From assembly GCA_965214285.1 (NCBI GenBank), contig OZ243946.1, forward strand, positions 718,481 through 782,480: DNA of 64,000 bases. The letters are read 5' to 3'. Of this stretch, positions 63,152 through 64,000 are shown in pieces (the stretch's first letter is position 1; every line of letters starts with the position of its first letter). The notes beneath the pieces were generated by a model, which saw nothing but the letters and a program-made list of their open reading frames with translations, did no database searches and was not told where the DNA came from. Origin of the DNA: Acidimicrobiales bacterium (lineage in GTDB: Bacteria; Actinomycetota; Acidimicrobiia; Acidimicrobiales; Aldehydirespiratoraceae). The position numbers and the translations under genes were made by a program.

Positions 63152-64000
63152 TGCGTGAGGTGAGGCCGGGCGGGCGTTCTTTGGGGGAGCTGCGTGCTGC
63201 GGCTGGGGCGGCGAAGAGCTTGCAGGGGGGTCTGGACGCGGCGATGTGTGACATCACCGCGGAGATCGCGGCGTTGACCACCCCGGGTCGTGCTGCGGGG
63301 GTGATCTCTGAGCAGACCGGCAAGTCCAAGCGCGACGCGTCGCGGTTGGCCAAGGTCGCGCAAGGCCTGGCGGCGATGCCCAACACCAAGAAGAGGCTCG
63401 CAGAGGGCGGTTTCACGATCGACCACGCTGCTGCGCTGGTCAACACCGCGCAGACCGCCGGGGCCGAGGCGGTGGACAATGACGAGGCGCTGTTGGGCCT
63501 GGCGGAGTCGAAGCCTGCGGATGTGTTCGCCGGTGACGCCAAGCGCGCCGAGCTCAAGGCCAGCCGTGATCGCGGTGAGGCTGAGTTGAAGCGTCAGCGC
63601 AACGCCCGGCGGGCGTCGCTTGGCACCGATCGTGATTCGGGGATGGGGATCTTGCACGCCGAGCTCGACCCGGTCAGCCACGGCCTGCTCGCCCAGGCCC
63701 TAGAGACCCACGCCGACAGGCTCTGGCGCACCGACAGCAAGGCAGGCAACACCAAGAGCCGGACTGCTCCCCAGCGGATGGCCGATGCGCTGCTGGAGAC
63801 GATCACCGGCCTCGACGCTCTCACCCACCAACCCCTCCCCGCCACCAGCAGCGGCGGCAAGGGCAGCGGGCGGCCGCAGTTGATCATCACCGCAGACATC
63901 GGCCTCTTCGACGGCCGCAACCCCCACGGGGCCTGCGAGATCATCGGCACCGGCCCCGTCCCACCGGCCATCCTCGAAACGCTGTCGCCTGACACCGCGG
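63152..64000 (+). pseudogene. 3' part of the disrupted DUF222/REP13E12-family gene (partial, runs off the window end)
   Basis: The open frame from 63152 to the window end contains KRLAEGGFTIDHAAALVNTAQTAGAEAVDNDEALLGLAE and HAELDPVSHGLLAQALE, characteristic of DUF222 proteins. Confidence 0.55.

Overview
High-GC, actinobacterial-type chromosomal segment. Most gene boundaries follow the supplied ORF track, refined by start-codon context; many long antisense ORFs produced by the GC bias were discarded.

Main content of the window:
- 1-1,050: three tandem N-terminal units of a REP13E12/DUF222-like repeat gene on the minus strand, running off the window edge, followed by a duplicated 3' fragment of the regulator gene with its repeat array.
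- 1,075-17,250: an accessory defense island, described below.
- 17.4-22.4 kb: a three-fold tandem amplification of a lipoprotein plus small secreted-protein cassette, each unit carrying a duplicated 3' fragment of the adjacent oppF/dppF gene.
- 22.4-28.6 kb: a complete Dpp/Opp-type peptide ABC transporter operon.
- 28.8-61 kb: housekeeping genes. These are two SDRs, a TetR regulator, an NfeD-flotillin pair, an LD-carboxypeptidase, a HepT/MntA toxin-antitoxin pair, a 2-hydroxyacid dehydrogenase, a cyclase, a ribokinase, a nucleoside hydrolase, several hypotheticals and a DUF3048 protein. They continue with pstSCAB-phoU flanked by a response regulator and a sensor kinase, a NUDIX hydrolase, an aquaporin, an epimerase, an acyl-CoA synthetase, an acyl-CoA dehydrogenase, a thiolase-like protein, an MBL hydrolase with a mycothiol-type class III ADH, and an LLM oxidoreductase.
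- 61.3-64 kb: a second DUF222 repeat locus (plus strand) in which an IS3-family element with a 4-bp target-site duplication has split a DUF222 gene.

The defense island is the most interesting part. It carries an AlbA_2/HATPase_c_4/wHTH regulator embedded in arrays of TACTCTAA(A/C) repeats with a palindromic operator at its start codon. Next come three genes that look like a rearranged DISARM class-1 / Druantia-like system:
- a 1,826-aa DExH helicase with a DUF1998-type zinc cluster and a C-terminal DUF559/Vsr-like nuclease-fold domain;
- an SNF2-family helicase;
- a roughly 1,400-aa N6-adenine (Eco57I/PglX/DrmMI-like) methyltransferase.

The methyltransferase is split between two reading frames exactly at a roughly 10-nt poly-G tract, so the locus may be phase-variable and currently OFF. 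A low-GC membrane protein and a Doc-family toxin/antitoxin pair follow the system.
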